Source of the DNA: Bacteroidota bacterium
GTDB taxonomy: Bacteria > Bacteroidota > Ignavibacteria > Kapaibacteriales > HRBIN21
Reading direction: 5' to 3'
Length of the DNA: 64,000 bases
NCBI GenBank assembly: GCA_030550395.1
Contig: JAUQPL010000006.1
Span: 4,624 to 68,623, forward strand
Numbering within the stretch: the first letter of the stretch is position 1; every line of letters begins with the position of its first letter. Below the pieces are notes generated by a model that had not been told where the DNA came from, ran no database searches, and was given only the letters and a program-made list of their open reading frames with translations. Shown here piece after piece: positions 7,532 to 18,400 of this stretch. The translations under genes and the position numbers were made by a program.

Positions 7532-9610
7532 GTGGGAAAACGGTTCCGTAATTTTGCCAAGAAGCGCAATCCATGGGCACTGGGAGTGTGGGGAATTGTG
7601 ATACTGCTTGGCTGCGTGCTGGGAAGTTCCGCTCAGCAGCGGAGCTGGCGGGTGTTTTTTCTTGACAAAGGACCGGAGCCGTTCTCTATAGGGAGTCCGC
7701 TGTACGAGCAGACGCTAAGGCTTCATACTCCCCGGGCGTTGGTGCGGAGAGCATGGGTTCGAGGAGGTGATTCGCTCCTTACGTTGGCGGATGCCCCCGT
7801 ATATGAGCCTTACATTGATAGCCTTCGGCGCCTGGGTGCCTCGGTTCGATTGCGGGTGCGTTGGAATAACTATGTCGTGGTAGAAGCAGATTCCGTAATT
7901 GTAGAGCGTTTGCGGGGGCTCCCATTTGTTGCTGCCGTACAGCCGACGCATCAGGTGCCTTTACCGCGTACCCGTGTGCGGGTTACCTCCGGGGAGAGAG
8001 GCTCCGGGGGAGAGACGCTCCCTGTAGTGTGTGGGGAGCTGGACTACGGGGCTTCGTGGAGGCAGGTGCAGATGCTGGAGGTGCCGTTCCTCCATCGGAT
8101 GGGCTTCACGGGAGATAGTGTTCTTGTGGGGCTTTTGGACACGGGGTTTCGCTGGCGGGGACATCCGGCGTTTGAGCACATAGCCGTGGTAGCGGAATGG
8201 GATTTCCTCCAAGGGGACTCGGTGACGGCGAATGAAGGGACGGAGCATCCCTTGCAGGATACTCATGGCACGATGGTGCTATCTGTCGTTGGAGCTTTCT
8301 GGCCGGGGCAGCTTATTGGGGTCGCCCCAATGGCTCGGTACATCTTGGCGAAGACGGAGGATATTAGCCGGGAACGACACGTGGAGGAAGATGCGTATGC
8401 GGCAGCCATAGAGTGGATGGAGGCACTTGGTGTGGACGTTATTTCTTCCTCCCTGGGCTACCGGGATTTTGATAGCTTGGAGGTGTCGTATACTACTGAG
8501 CAGTTGGATGGGCGCACGACTATTGTCGCCCGGGCGGTAACGATGGCGGCGCAGCGAGGGGTGATATGTGTGACGGCGATGGGGAACGATGGTCGGCGTG
8601 GTTTAGTCTCGCCGGCGGATGCCGATAGCGTAGTTGCGGTGGCTGCTGTTGACAGTACGGAGCAATGGGCGCCGTTTAGCTCGGTGGGATTTCGGCAGCG
8701 CGGTGTCCTCCGTCCCACGGTAGCGGCAATGGGGGTCTCTGTCGTGGCTGCGGGACCTCGAGGGCAATGGGTGCGAGCGTCGGGGACCTCACTGGCAACA
8801 CCGCTGGTGGCGGGGACATTAGCCTTGCTCATTGGGGCGCGCCCGGACGTTCCCCCGTGGCGGATTCGCCAGGCCCTCTTGGAGACAGCATCCCGCGCTC
8901 GGGCACCCGACACCTTGGTCGGCTACGGGGTCCCCCGAGCCGCGCAGGCATTGGCTTCGTTGGGAGGTGCTTTAGGAACGCCCGCTGTCTGGAAGCTGCC
9001 TTCAGGAGCTATACGAGTTGCCTGCTATGGGTTTATCCCCTTCCGCTCGTTCCATGCGTGGCTTCAGTGGGCAGCTCAGCCAAGGGAGGATGCTGTTGAG
9101 GGGTATCTTCTGATGCGGGTCACCGGGGATAATGGGATGCCGTTGCTGTATGGGGATCTGCCCGGGGTGCTGCTCCAGCGGGGGCAACCTGTGTGGATAC
9201 AGGTGTGGGTTGAGAGCGCGGAGGGGAAGAAGCTGTCCAGCCGGTGGTATGTCCTTCCTCAGCAACCTAGTTTCCCATGTGGAGTGGAGATTCCAGAGTC
9301 CGTACTCCATGGGGGTGAAGACCAAGGCAGGACAGTGCAGATTCTGCCTCACCCTGTGATGGCTGGGCAGGAGTGTGTTGCGCGTGTGCCGGGTATATAT
9401 CCGGGGAGCCAGCAGCCATTATCCTCGGTTTGTCTTTGGGACATGACGGGGCGTTTAGTCGAGTGCGTATCGCTTCTACCCGAGAGACTGGGCCAGGTTC
9501 CAGAGTGGACAGTACGGCTTCCAACGGCGAGACTCTCCCCAGGTCTCTATTGGGTAGAGGCTACGTACGGTAAAGCGGAGCGCTTGGGGGCTCCACTCAT
9601 TTTGTACTGA
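7532..9610 (+). CDS. S8 family subtilisin-like serine peptidase with T9SS C-terminal sorting domain
   Basis: Catalytic triad contexts GLLDTGF (Asp), HGTMVLSV (His) and GTSLATP (Ser). The C-terminal ~80 aa ...SPGLYWVEATYGKAERLGAPLILY matches the Por_Secre_tail pattern. GTG start with a basic n-region and hydrophobic signal peptide. Confidence 0.85.
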   Translation: MGKRFRNFAKKRNPWALGVWGIVILLGCVLGSSAQQRSWRVFFLDKGPEPFSIGSPLYEQTLRLHTPRALVRRAWVRGGDSLLTLADAPVYEPYIDSLRRLGASVRLRVRWNNYVVVEADSVIVERLRGLPFVAAVQPTHQVPLPRTRVRVTSGERGSGGETLPVVCGELDYGASWRQVQMLEVPFLHRMGFTGDSVLVGLLDTGFRWRGHPAFEHIAVVAEWDFLQGDSVTANEGTEHPLQDTHGTMVLSVVGAFWPGQLIGVAPMARYILAKTEDISRERHVEEDAYAAAIEWMEALGVDVISSSLGYRDFDSLEVSYTTEQLDGRTTIVARAVTMAAQRGVICVTAMGNDGRRGLVSPADADSVVAVAAVDSTEQWAPFSSVGFRQRGVLRPTVAAMGVSVVAAGPRGQWVRASGTSLATPLVAGTLALLIGARPDVPPWRIRQALLETASRARAPDTLVGYGVPRAAQALASLGGALGTPAVWKLPSGAIRVACYGFIPFRSFHAWLQWAAQPREDAVEGYLLMRVTGDNGMPLLYGDLPGVLLQRGQPVWIQVWVESAEGKKLSSRWYVLPQQPSFPCGVEIPESVLHGGEDQGRTVQILPHPVMAGQECVARVPGIYPGSQQPLSSVCLWDMTGRLVECVSLLPERLGQVPEWTVRLPTARLSPGLYWVEATYGKAERLGAPLILY

Positions 9611-10332
9611 TGTGTCATGGATGGTTGTGGGACATGCCGACAGCGGTGATTACAGGTGCCAGTGGTGGTGCTGGACGCGTGGTGACACGGTACTTCCTGG
9701 AGCAAGGATGGGATGTGCAGGCACATTGTCATAGCGATGCTGGGGTAGAACAGCTCCGTCAATTCCTTCCAGCAGAGCTGCAGCATCGTCTGAGTATCAG
9801 TATCGGCGATTTGGGGCAGCCTGGGATTGCTGAGCAATGTATTGCGGATGCTCCTGCGCCGGTTCAGGCGGTAGTGCATTTGGTCGGGGGCATTAAGGCG
9901 GGGACGGGGTTAGAAGAGACAAGCCCGGAGACACTGGAGGAGATGTGGCGGATTAACGTACAGACGACCTTCATGGTGCTACGGGCGGCGCTACCGGTAC
10001 TGCGGCAGACCGGTGGAGCAATTGTAACTGTGGCGGCGAAGGCGGCGCTGCATCCGGAGATGCGAAAATCAGCTTATGCAGCGGCAAAGGCGGCCGTTAT
10101 TGCGCTTACACAAGCGGCGGCCGAGGAGGGACGCCCTTATGGAGTGCGGGCAAATGTGGTCGTTCCCAGTATTCTACGGACACCGGCAAATCTGGAGTGG
10201 GCGCGTGAGGGTGAAGAACGCCAGTGGGTGTCGGTGGAGGAGTTTGCCGCTGCTATCTTTGCTTTGTGCTCGGATGAGGGACGTGCTGTCAGCGGAGCTA
10301 TCATCCCAATGTACGGTGGTATTCCAGCGTGA
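9610..10332 (+). CDS. SDR family oxidoreductase
   Basis: TGASGGAGR (TGxxxGxG Rossmann motif) and YAAAKAA (YxxxK active site). TGATG overlap with the peptidase stop; an alternative start at 9634 (MPTAVITGAS). Confidence 0.7.
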   Translation: MCHGWLWDMPTAVITGASGGAGRVVTRYFLEQGWDVQAHCHSDAGVEQLRQFLPAELQHRLSISIGDLGQPGIAEQCIADAPAPVQAVVHLVGGIKAGTGLEETSPETLEEMWRINVQTTFMVLRAALPVLRQTGGAIVTVAAKAALHPEMRKSAYAAAKAAVIALTQAAAEEGRPYGVRANVVVPSILRTPANLEWAREGEERQWVSVEEFAAAIFALCSDEGRAVSGAIIPMYGGIPA

Positions 10333-10340
10333 GGGGGGCG

Positions 10341-11459
10341 ATGGAGACTGTAGCCATCATCATGGCAGGGGGGAGTGGGGAGCGTTTCTGGCCCCTTAGT
10401 CGGCAACAACGTCCTAAGCAGCTCCTGCGCCTGACAGCTTCCGGACGGACGCTCGTGGAGGAAACGGTCGAGCGGCTTTCAGGGGTAGTCTCTGGAGAGC
10501 ACATCTATGTGCTTACGTCAGCACCGTTACAAGCGCTGATACGCCGGACATTGCCTCAGGTACCGCCGGCTCATATTATCGCCGAGCCCGTGCGTCGCAA
10601 TACAGCTGCCTGCTTGGTTTTGGCGGCAGCTATTGTTGTGGAGCGGTTTGGTGAGCCCTCGCGTCTTCTCATGGCAGCTTTTCCTTCGGACCATCTGGTC
10701 GAACCCCTAGAGGAGTTCCAGCGCACCCTCCGAGCGGCACTCCAGTGGGCAGAGCAGGGGGAGGATATCGTCACCATTGGCATCCCTCCAGTACGCCCGG
10801 AGACGGGCTACGGCTATCTGGAGTTAGGCGAGGAGTTGGGGGAGGCAGAAGGCGTGACCGTCTATCGGGTTCGCCGTTTCCGGGAAAAGCCCAGCCGGGA
10901 GGTTGCGGAAGAGTTTGTCAACACTGGACGCTTCCTGTGGAACAGTGGTATGTTCTTCTGGAGACTGGACCTCTTCCTGCGGGCTCTCGAGCAGCACATG
11001 CCGGCTTTCTGGTCTCATTGGGATTTGCTCCGCCGTCTGGTTCGTCCGTGGTTGGAGCAGCCGGTGGAGGGGGCATATCCGGGTTTGGATGCGGTGTTTA
11101 GCGCTATGCCCGATGTTTCTATTGACTATGCTCTTGCCGAACGGGCAGAGCGTATTGCGACCGTGCGCGCCTCGTTCCGATGGGATGACTTGGGAGCTTG
11201 GGATGCTCTGGAGAGGGTTTTCCCCCCTGATAGCCAAGGTAACGTTGTCAGCGGGGAGGTAGTCCTTCTGGAGTCTCAGGGCTGTATTGCGTTGGACGCC
11301 CGTACGCATCCCCGCTCCATAGTGACGCTTTTAGGCTTGCGTGACTGTGTCGTTGTCCTCACCGATGATGCCATCCTCTGCTGCGCGAAGACGCACGTGC
11401 AGCAGGTGCGGGGTCTTGTAGCGTATCTCCGCGAACATGGCTACGAAGCGGTGCTCTAA
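10341..11459 (+). CDS. manC: mannose-1-phosphate guanylyltransferase (GDP-mannose pyrophosphorylase, nucleotidyltransferase domain only)
   Basis: METVAIIMAGGSGERFWPLSRQQRPKQLL... is the canonical ManC/CpsB N-terminus (GGxGxRxxPLS). There is no C-terminal PMI domain. The first ATG is at 10341; the track start at 10329 is GTG. Confidence 0.8.
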   Translation: METVAIIMAGGSGERFWPLSRQQRPKQLLRLTASGRTLVEETVERLSGVVSGEHIYVLTSAPLQALIRRTLPQVPPAHIIAEPVRRNTAACLVLAAAIVVERFGEPSRLLMAAFPSDHLVEPLEEFQRTLRAALQWAEQGEDIVTIGIPPVRPETGYGYLELGEELGEAEGVTVYRVRRFREKPSREVAEEFVNTGRFLWNSGMFFWRLDLFLRALEQHMPAFWSHWDLLRRLVRPWLEQPVEGAYPGLDAVFSAMPDVSIDYALAERAERIATVRASFRWDDLGAWDALERVFPPDSQGNVVSGEVVLLESQGCIALDARTHPRSIVTLLGLRDCVVVLTDDAILCCAKTHVQQVRGLVAYLREHGYEAVL

Positions 11460-12751
11460 TGGCGACCCTGTTGGTCAATATCGGGCAGTTGGTCACCGTG
11501 CGAGCAGATGGAGCACGCTGGAAAGCAGGACCAGCGATGCAGGAACTGGGTATTCTCCAGCGGGCGGCAATGGTCGTTGGAGAGCGGATCCACTGGATTG
11601 GTCTACCGGAGGAGGCGTATCAGCTCCAGGCTGCAGGACTCCTTCAATGGGAGGAGGTCTATGATGTTGGCGGACGGGTTATTGTCCCGGGTTTTGTGGA
11701 TGCACATACCCATGCGGTATTCGTTGGCTCACGTGCCCATGAATACCGCCGCCGGTTAGGTGGTGCCACTTATCAGCAGATTGCTGCTGCCGGAGGCGGC
11801 ATTATGGCGACGGTCCAAGCGGTGCGTCACGCAAGCGAGGAAGAGCTGATAGCGGCTGCACGCCCACTCCTGTGGCGAGCTTTGCAGCATGGGACGACCA
11901 CAATGGAGATAAAGAGTGGCTATGGACTGACAACTGCTGACGAGTTGAAGCTCCTGCGCGTTATCCGCCGCCTGGCGCAGGAGCTACCTTTGCGGATTAT
12001 CCCCACATTCCTCGGCGCCCATGCAATCCCACCGGAGTACCGTGACCGACGTGCTGACTACGTAGACTTGCTCTGTTACGAGATGATCCCCGCTGTCGCT
12101 GCTGAAGGATTGGCGGAGTATTGCGATGTCTTCGTTGAAGAGGGCTACTTCACCTTGGAGGAAGCTGAGCGCATTCTGCAGACGGCGCAGCAGTATGGGA
12201 TGCGTGTGCGCGTCCACGCCGATGAGCTAACCCCATTGGGGGCAGCGGAATTAGCGGCTCGGCTTGGGGCAGTTTCGGCAGACCATTTGTTGTTTGTGTC
12301 GGACGTAGGAATTGAGGCTCTGCGGGCTTCCGGGACAATTGCAACCCTTTTGCCCGGGACAGCCTATACACTGCGCCTTCCCTACGCCCCTGCCCGCAAG
12401 TTGATTGCGGCGGATGTCCCCGTAGCTTTGGCAACAGATTGCAACCCTGGTTCGTGCTTCTGTGAAAACATGCAGATGATTCTCTCGCTTGCATGTCAGG
12501 ACATGGGGATGTTGCCTGAGGAAGCGCTTGTTGCCGCAACGCTGAATGCAGCCGCAGCCTTGGACCGGTCCCATGAGCTGGGAAGCCTTGAGGTGGGAAA
12601 ATACGCCGACTTCCTCGTCCTCCAGCTCCAGGATGTCATAGAGCTGTTTTACCACTTCGGTGTCAACCATGTCGCTGAGGTATGGATCGGAGGGCGGCGC
12701 GTTTGGCGGGTGCCTCCGGATGTAACAAAACCGAGCTCCCCCGTGTCATAA
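11459..12751 (+). CDS. hutI: imidazolonepropionase-like amidohydrolase
   Basis: GFVDAHTHAVF metal motif, ...TDCNPGSCF... (HutI-like TDxNPGS) and a length of about 430 aa. TAATG overlap with the manC stop. Confidence 0.65.
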   Translation: MATLLVNIGQLVTVRADGARWKAGPAMQELGILQRAAMVVGERIHWIGLPEEAYQLQAAGLLQWEEVYDVGGRVIVPGFVDAHTHAVFVGSRAHEYRRRLGGATYQQIAAAGGGIMATVQAVRHASEEELIAAARPLLWRALQHGTTTMEIKSGYGLTTADELKLLRVIRRLAQELPLRIIPTFLGAHAIPPEYRDRRADYVDLLCYEMIPAVAAEGLAEYCDVFVEEGYFTLEEAERILQTAQQYGMRVRVHADELTPLGAAELAARLGAVSADHLLFVSDVGIEALRASGTIATLLPGTAYTLRLPYAPARKLIAADVPVALATDCNPGSCFCENMQMILSLACQDMGMLPEEALVAATLNAAAALDRSHELGSLEVGKYADFLVLQLQDVIELFYHFGVNHVAEVWIGGRRVWRVPPDVTKPSSPVS

Positions 12752-12845
12752 GTCGGACATAAGGATGCACAGTGGTGCCAGTTACAGTGTGGTGGCGGAG
12801 CAAGGGAGAATGGATTCCTCTGCGACGTATATGGAAGCAACTCAG

Positions 12846-13190
12846 ATGAAGCTGCCGCCAGCACCGAAGGAATGGGACAACGACGAGCCTAAAGTCCTGA
12901 AAGGCTTTCGGCAGAGGGATGCCCAAGCCTTTTAGCAGCTCTGCCGACAGTATGCTTGCGGAGTATACCGCTTCTGCTTGCGGATGCTCGGTGATGCTAC
13001 CAGCGCTGAAGACGCCTTCCAGGATACGTGCCTACAAACGACGACAAAGCCTCTGGGGAGAGAATTTCCGAGCCTGGCTGTTCCGTATCGCTCACTGGGT
13101 TTGCTCAATTCCCGGCGCCAACAGCGCGTAGTGGACGGTTTCTCTGAAGAGGGACTACCTGGAACCTGTCCGAATACGCATGGGCATTGA
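12846..13190 (+). pseudogene. ECF (sigma-70 family, group IV) sigma factor remnant with an in-frame stop and frameshifts
   Basis: The frame from the ATG at 12846 reads MKLPPAPKEWDNDEPKVLKGFRQRDAQAF*QLCRQYACGVYRFCLRMLGDATSAEDAFQDT..., i.e. ECF region 2.1/2.2 interrupted by TAG. Region 2.3/2.4 (...AYKRRQSLWGENFRAWLFRIAHWVCS...) continues in another frame (12919..13131), then returns (..LLNSRRQQR..). No intact region 4 follows. Confidence 0.45.
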
Positions 13191-13365
13191 GGGGCAGTGG
13201 ATACCCTCGTTGGAAGGGACAAAGCCTTCGCTGGATTACATCCGCTGCTGGGCTGTCGGCGAAGTTGTGAAAAAACGGGATTGTAGCAGTGCAAGAAGAG
13301 GAAAGTTGTTATATTAGCAGGTGTACGTAGATGTTACGTTGTTCCACAACAGCAGGAGGGGTGTG

Positions 13366-15333
13366 ATGGCTTACACGAAGTGCTACTACGCAGGACTTCT
13401 TGTGGGGAGTGCCCTGCTCGTAAGTGGGCTTTCTGCTGGGCAGAAGCCAGCGGTAGCGCAAACGGCATCTATAGTACGATACGATTTCCGCTTGCCCGAA
13501 AACTTGCCCAGCTATCCGGTGGCTGGCTCGCCAAAAGTATTCTCGCTGCGGAACGGGTATGCTCCGGTCCGTCTGCACGAACAGCAGCCCAGAGTATCCC
13601 TTTTGCGACTGCCGGCGCGTACACTGCAGACTCCCCCTGGAGTCAAGATTGGCAGTACTTCCTACGATTGGCAGACGAACTTTCTCAGTAAAAACCGCAT
13701 GGTGTGGGTATCGGGAGAGGGAGTATTGCAGTTGGTATGGATGGCGGGCAGCAATAGCCCCGATAGCGGTTGGCCGGATCGGGGAACGTATTACGCCGCT
13801 GTCGATCTTAGCGATCTCCAAAACCCCCAGGCGATTCCAACGCAGCGAGGGTGGGTCCGCATTGAGCCGAGGCGTACGGGCTGGCCAGCGGCAGCAGAGC
13901 TGCCGGGAGGAGGGGTAGCCTTTGTTTCCCATACCCCGCTCCGGCTGGGAAAGAACGGTGGCGTCCTGGATGAGAGCTGGACGGTGACGGATATAGGACC
14001 TGCTGGGAGCCTCTGGCCATATATGACCAGTACTCCCGAGGGGGCGCTCCATGTGGTTTACACTTATAGCAGTGGTGACAATGCTGGGCAGGTGGGCTAC
14101 CTCCGCTCCACAGACCAAGGTCAAACGTGGAGTCAAGAGGTCTTCCTTTCCGGGGGAGATGCCCCGCAGGGTATACAAGGGGCGGATCACTACGCTATTG
14201 AGTTTGGAGGTGGAAAGCTTGTGGCTGCTTATTATGCTATACCTTTGCAGACAGGACCCGGTATCGTATTGCGGATTTCCACCGACAACGGGCAGACCTG
14301 GAGCCAGGCAATTGGACTCTTCCCGGGTCAGTTTCAGCTAACCCAGTATGTGGATAGTACAACCGTCCAGGAAAGCGATACCCTACGGGTGACCACAACG
14401 TATTTCCACACCGATACCACTACAGGCGTTGACGGCTATAGCCTCCTTGTGGATGCTCAAGGAAGATGGCATATTCTTGCAACGTTGGCACAGTATTACC
14501 TAACGGGGCAGATTACCAGGAGAGATACGTTGCCGCAGGGAGGGACGGGAATCGATACTACATATGCTCTTGCGATTGCAGCTGTAAATCCTGTTGCTGC
14601 CTATGCTGTCGAAGGGAGTCAGCAGCCGGTATTGGTGCCTCTTCCACAGCCTGTATTGGATGCTACAGGGCAAGTGGTCCGCGTGCTCCATCGGGCTATG
14701 GATGGATACGTTGATCGGATTAAGTTGGGGATGGATGATGCCGGTCAGCTTTATGCTGTCTTCATTGCGCCGGCGGAAGGTGATACGTTTAGTGTTGATG
14801 GGGTAACCTATGGCTACGGTCACCTCTATGTGACTGCGGAAGTGAATACCCAGTGGACGACTCCTCAGAACCTCTCCCCGAACGGTATAGACTGTAGTTT
14901 CCCCACTGCCTCTAAGGGTGGTCCGGCAGGATATGCTCTCGTTGCATATCAGGCGGGGACAGTACCTGGTTCCTTCGTACAAGGAGCAGTATGGGAGCCG
15001 GGCAAAGATGATGATATTTACGTTTACGCTCACGGGCTTCCTGTTGGGGTGCGGGAAACGGAGGTTCCCGGAGCGGTTCAACTCCTGGTGCAACCCCATC
15101 CTCTGACGCAGTCAGGGTATGCGCAACTGCGGAGCGTGGAGGCCGGATGGGTAACCGTGGAGCTGTATACGTCAATTGGCGCGAAGCTGCAGACGCTCTA
15201 CGATGGTTGGCTCAACGCAGGTGAGACTCGCTTGCTGTGGTTGAATATCACGGAGCTGTCTTCAGGGGTCTACTATCTGAAGCTCCGCTTTAACGGGAAG
15301 CCCTTTGTGCGGCAGATTGTTGTGCTGCGCTGA
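13366..15333 (+). CDS. BNR/Asp-box repeat protein (sialidase-like beta-propeller) with T9SS C-terminal sorting domain
   Basis: Asp-box repeats STDQGQTWSQ and STDNGQTWSQ, and a CTD ...LSSGVYYLKLRFNGKPFVRQIVVLR. The start is refined to the ATG at 13366 (MAYTKCYYAGLLVGSALLVSGLSAGQ signal peptide) with a GGAGG SD. Confidence 0.7.
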   Translation: MAYTKCYYAGLLVGSALLVSGLSAGQKPAVAQTASIVRYDFRLPENLPSYPVAGSPKVFSLRNGYAPVRLHEQQPRVSLLRLPARTLQTPPGVKIGSTSYDWQTNFLSKNRMVWVSGEGVLQLVWMAGSNSPDSGWPDRGTYYAAVDLSDLQNPQAIPTQRGWVRIEPRRTGWPAAAELPGGGVAFVSHTPLRLGKNGGVLDESWTVTDIGPAGSLWPYMTSTPEGALHVVYTYSSGDNAGQVGYLRSTDQGQTWSQEVFLSGGDAPQGIQGADHYAIEFGGGKLVAAYYAIPLQTGPGIVLRISTDNGQTWSQAIGLFPGQFQLTQYVDSTTVQESDTLRVTTTYFHTDTTTGVDGYSLLVDAQGRWHILATLAQYYLTGQITRRDTLPQGGTGIDTTYALAIAAVNPVAAYAVEGSQQPVLVPLPQPVLDATGQVVRVLHRAMDGYVDRIKLGMDDAGQLYAVFIAPAEGDTFSVDGVTYGYGHLYVTAEVNTQWTTPQNLSPNGIDCSFPTASKGGPAGYALVAYQAGTVPGSFVQGAVWEPGKDDDIYVYAHGLPVGVRETEVPGAVQLLVQPHPLTQSGYAQLRSVEAGWVTVELYTSIGAKLQTLYDGWLNAGETRLLWLNITELSSGVYYLKLRFNGKPFVRQIVVLR

Positions 15334-15354
15334 ACCTAACTGAATACAACCGCT

Positions 15355-15389
15355 GGGCTCCCTGTTCCGACTTCACGGAACGGGGAGCC
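15355..15389 (+). terminator. strong GC-rich hairpin (14-bp stem with one G-U wobble, 6-nt loop) downstream of the BNR gene; no U-tract
   Basis: GGGCTCCCTGTTCCG-ACTTCA-CGGAACGGGGAGCC lies 22 nt after the stop at 15333 and 52 nt before the next start. Confidence 0.4.
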
Positions 15390-15440
15390 TGCATTCCCTC
15401 AGAGTCAGAAAAAGTCTCACAGACGAGCTGAGGAGTTATC

Positions 15441-18400
15441 ATGCGCCGTGCGGTGCTATGGACTACTGTAGCGATGGTGGTTCTCTCTTCATCATTGTGG
15501 GCAGGCATCTACGGTGTCCTGGCGGGGAAGGTAACGGATAAAGAGGGGAAGCCTATCCCAGGCGCCACTATTCGCATTGAGGGGACAACCCTTGGCGGCT
15601 TCGCACGCCCGGATGGACGCTTCAGTATTGTGAATGTGCCGGCGGGCTCCTATACGGTAGTAGTCCGCGCCGTTGGTTACCGGGAAGTGCGGCTTCAGGT
15701 GCGGATTTCTGCTGACCAGACTACAGAGATCGCCGTGCAGTTGGAGCCAGAGGCTGTCCGGGTACAGGAAGTTACGGTGGAGGCAAAGGCTCCTTTGGTA
15801 GAAAAGTACGCCATTGGAACACTGCGCAACGTCACTTCGGAAGAACTCCGCAATATTCCACGGCAAACGGTGCAGCAGGTAGCTTTATTGACTCCTGGAG
15901 TCTTGGCAGCAGGCAATGGATTCATCGTTCGAGGGAGTCGGGCGATTGAAACTCAGATCCGCCTGGATGGGTTGGATATTGCTGATCAATTTGTGGGAGC
16001 CTTCGGCAATGGTGGCTTCCGTTATTTCCCGACGGTCAGCAACTTGGCGGTGGAGGAAGTGCAGGTGTTAACGGGGAATTTTGCGGCGGAATACGGTAAT
16101 GCTCTGGGTGGGGTGGTCAACACGGTCACGAAAACAGGGCGAACCGACCGTTACGAAGCAACGTTGCGGTTCTATACCGATGACATCGGTTTCCTTTACG
16201 GAACTGCGAGGAATGGGCTCCAGAGGCTACCTCAGAAAGAGTACAACTATGAACTTGCCTTCGGTGGACCAATTCCGTTGCTGAGTGGATCTACGTTTTA
16301 CTTGGCGGCGCAGTATGTCACGAATCGCCACCGCAACGCCGGACTGGATGTCAGGGATCCGTGGGGCAATAGTTGGGGACAGCTTCCGCAAGATCGGACC
16401 TGGATGCGTTCGCTGAGCGCGCGAGCCAAGTTTGCTTTAACCAAAGATGTGAGTCTCTTGCTCGGTGGTATGTTCGGTCTTACCGACTATGAACGTCCAT
16501 CCATCGGTTGGATGTATGCCCGGGATGAAGGGGTTGTGGATGGAGTCTCTAACGGTGTGCAGGAGTACTTCGCTAAGCGGGCTGTTATTGACCAGTTTGT
16601 GGGAAATGTACTGGCCCGTATTACCCATACACTTAGCCAGACCACGTACTACGAGCTGACGGTTTCCAACACGTGGAACGTCAACGAGGTATCCCGACGG
16701 TACTTAGCGTATGAACCTGGAAAAGGGTGGGTCAAAGGGTACTTTGACCGTCCCCATTTCTTTAAAGGCTTTGACCTTTGGTACCCGCAGGATGACTACG
16801 TCATTGAAGGAAATCAGCTCTTGCCAAAGGCTCTCCGAGGTGAGGTTGGGGACAAGGTCATAGACCATTACTCGCTGCTGACTGGACAGACGGTAAGCGA
16901 GGATGGATATCTCATTACTGTCCGACCTATTCGGCATCCATGGACGGGGTATGTGGAGGGGAGTAGCAATGCGACGAGCACGCGTAATCCATACGGGTTG
17001 CAGGCTTTCTTTGCCGCTGCTGGGAACGAGCGTGCTTTTGAGTTCCGCTATTCACAGTACTTCCAGGTAGACGGCTATATTACTAGCCGGGTCGAAGTTG
17101 GGGATATTGTCCACTTGCTCAAAGCTGGCTTTGAGACACGTTTTCTCACGCTGCATCATCACTACAACAGCCTTCCGTGGGATGGAAATGCCTTCTTTGA
17201 CGTGTATACCGATCGCTGGGGTGGCAATATCTATGCGGAAAACCGGCAGGTATGGGAGCTGACCAGCAAGCCATATAAGCCTTACACGATTGCCGCTTAT
17301 GTGCAGGATCAGTTCACCTACCGTGGGATGATCCTCAATCTGGGCTTGCGTTTTGACTACTTCCAGCCCAATGCGAAGTACCGGACCGAATCGCAGCGCT
17401 TTATCCCGATCCAAGAGCAGGCTTACTTTGCACCGGCAACGGCAAAGCTGCTGTTGAGTCCGAGGGTATCTATCAACTACCCTATTACTGAGCGCTCTAC
17501 CTTTTCGGTTGCCTACGGTATCTTCCAACAGATGCCGCAGCCGAATTTCCTCTACGATGCTCTTAACACCTTCCGACTACGGGGCAATCAGATCTTAGGC
17601 AATCCTAATCTGGGAACCCAGCGCAGTAACCAATACCAGGTTTCCTATGCCCATGCTTTGACGGAAGACTTCGCTGTGGATGTAACGGCCTTCTACAAGG
17701 ACATTTATAACCAGGTGGGGCTGCGGTATGTGCCTACGTTGCCAGACCCGTACTCAGAGTACACCGTTGCAGAGTATGGAAACGTGCGGGGAGTGGAAGT
17801 AAGGTTGCGGCGTCGTCCAGTAGGGAACTTCGCCTTTGACATCAACTACACCCTTTCCTATGCTCGGGGCACTGCTTCCGGACCCACAACACAGTATCGG
17901 CAGACGATCCTCTCTGGCGAGGACCCCTATACAGGTACAAAGACATTCCCGCTGACAGAGTACTTCTTGGACTACGACCGTCGCCATGTGGTCAACTTTA
18001 CCCTCTCCTTCTTCCTGCGCGAGGGTGAGGGTCCCTCCATTGCAGGACTGCGCCTTCTGGAGAACACAACGCTCAGCTTGACGGGATTCTTCCGTACCGG
18101 CACGCCATACACCCAACGTGATCGCCAAGGGAACCAAGTTGGAGAGTACAACGGCGCACGGCAGCCTTCGGATTGGACAGTGGACATGCGGCTGCAGCGA
18201 GCTATACCGCTTCGCTTACTCTTCGGTGAAGCCTTCCAAAATGCGACGTTGGAGCTATATGTGGATATCTTCAACGTGCTCAACAACACTAAGCCTGTGG
18301 CAGTCTACGAGCGTACAGGCAGTCCGGATTACGATGGGGTAGATCTCAATCGGCAAATTGGTGATTTCAGCATCGTGAACTGGTATAAGGACCCTGATCC

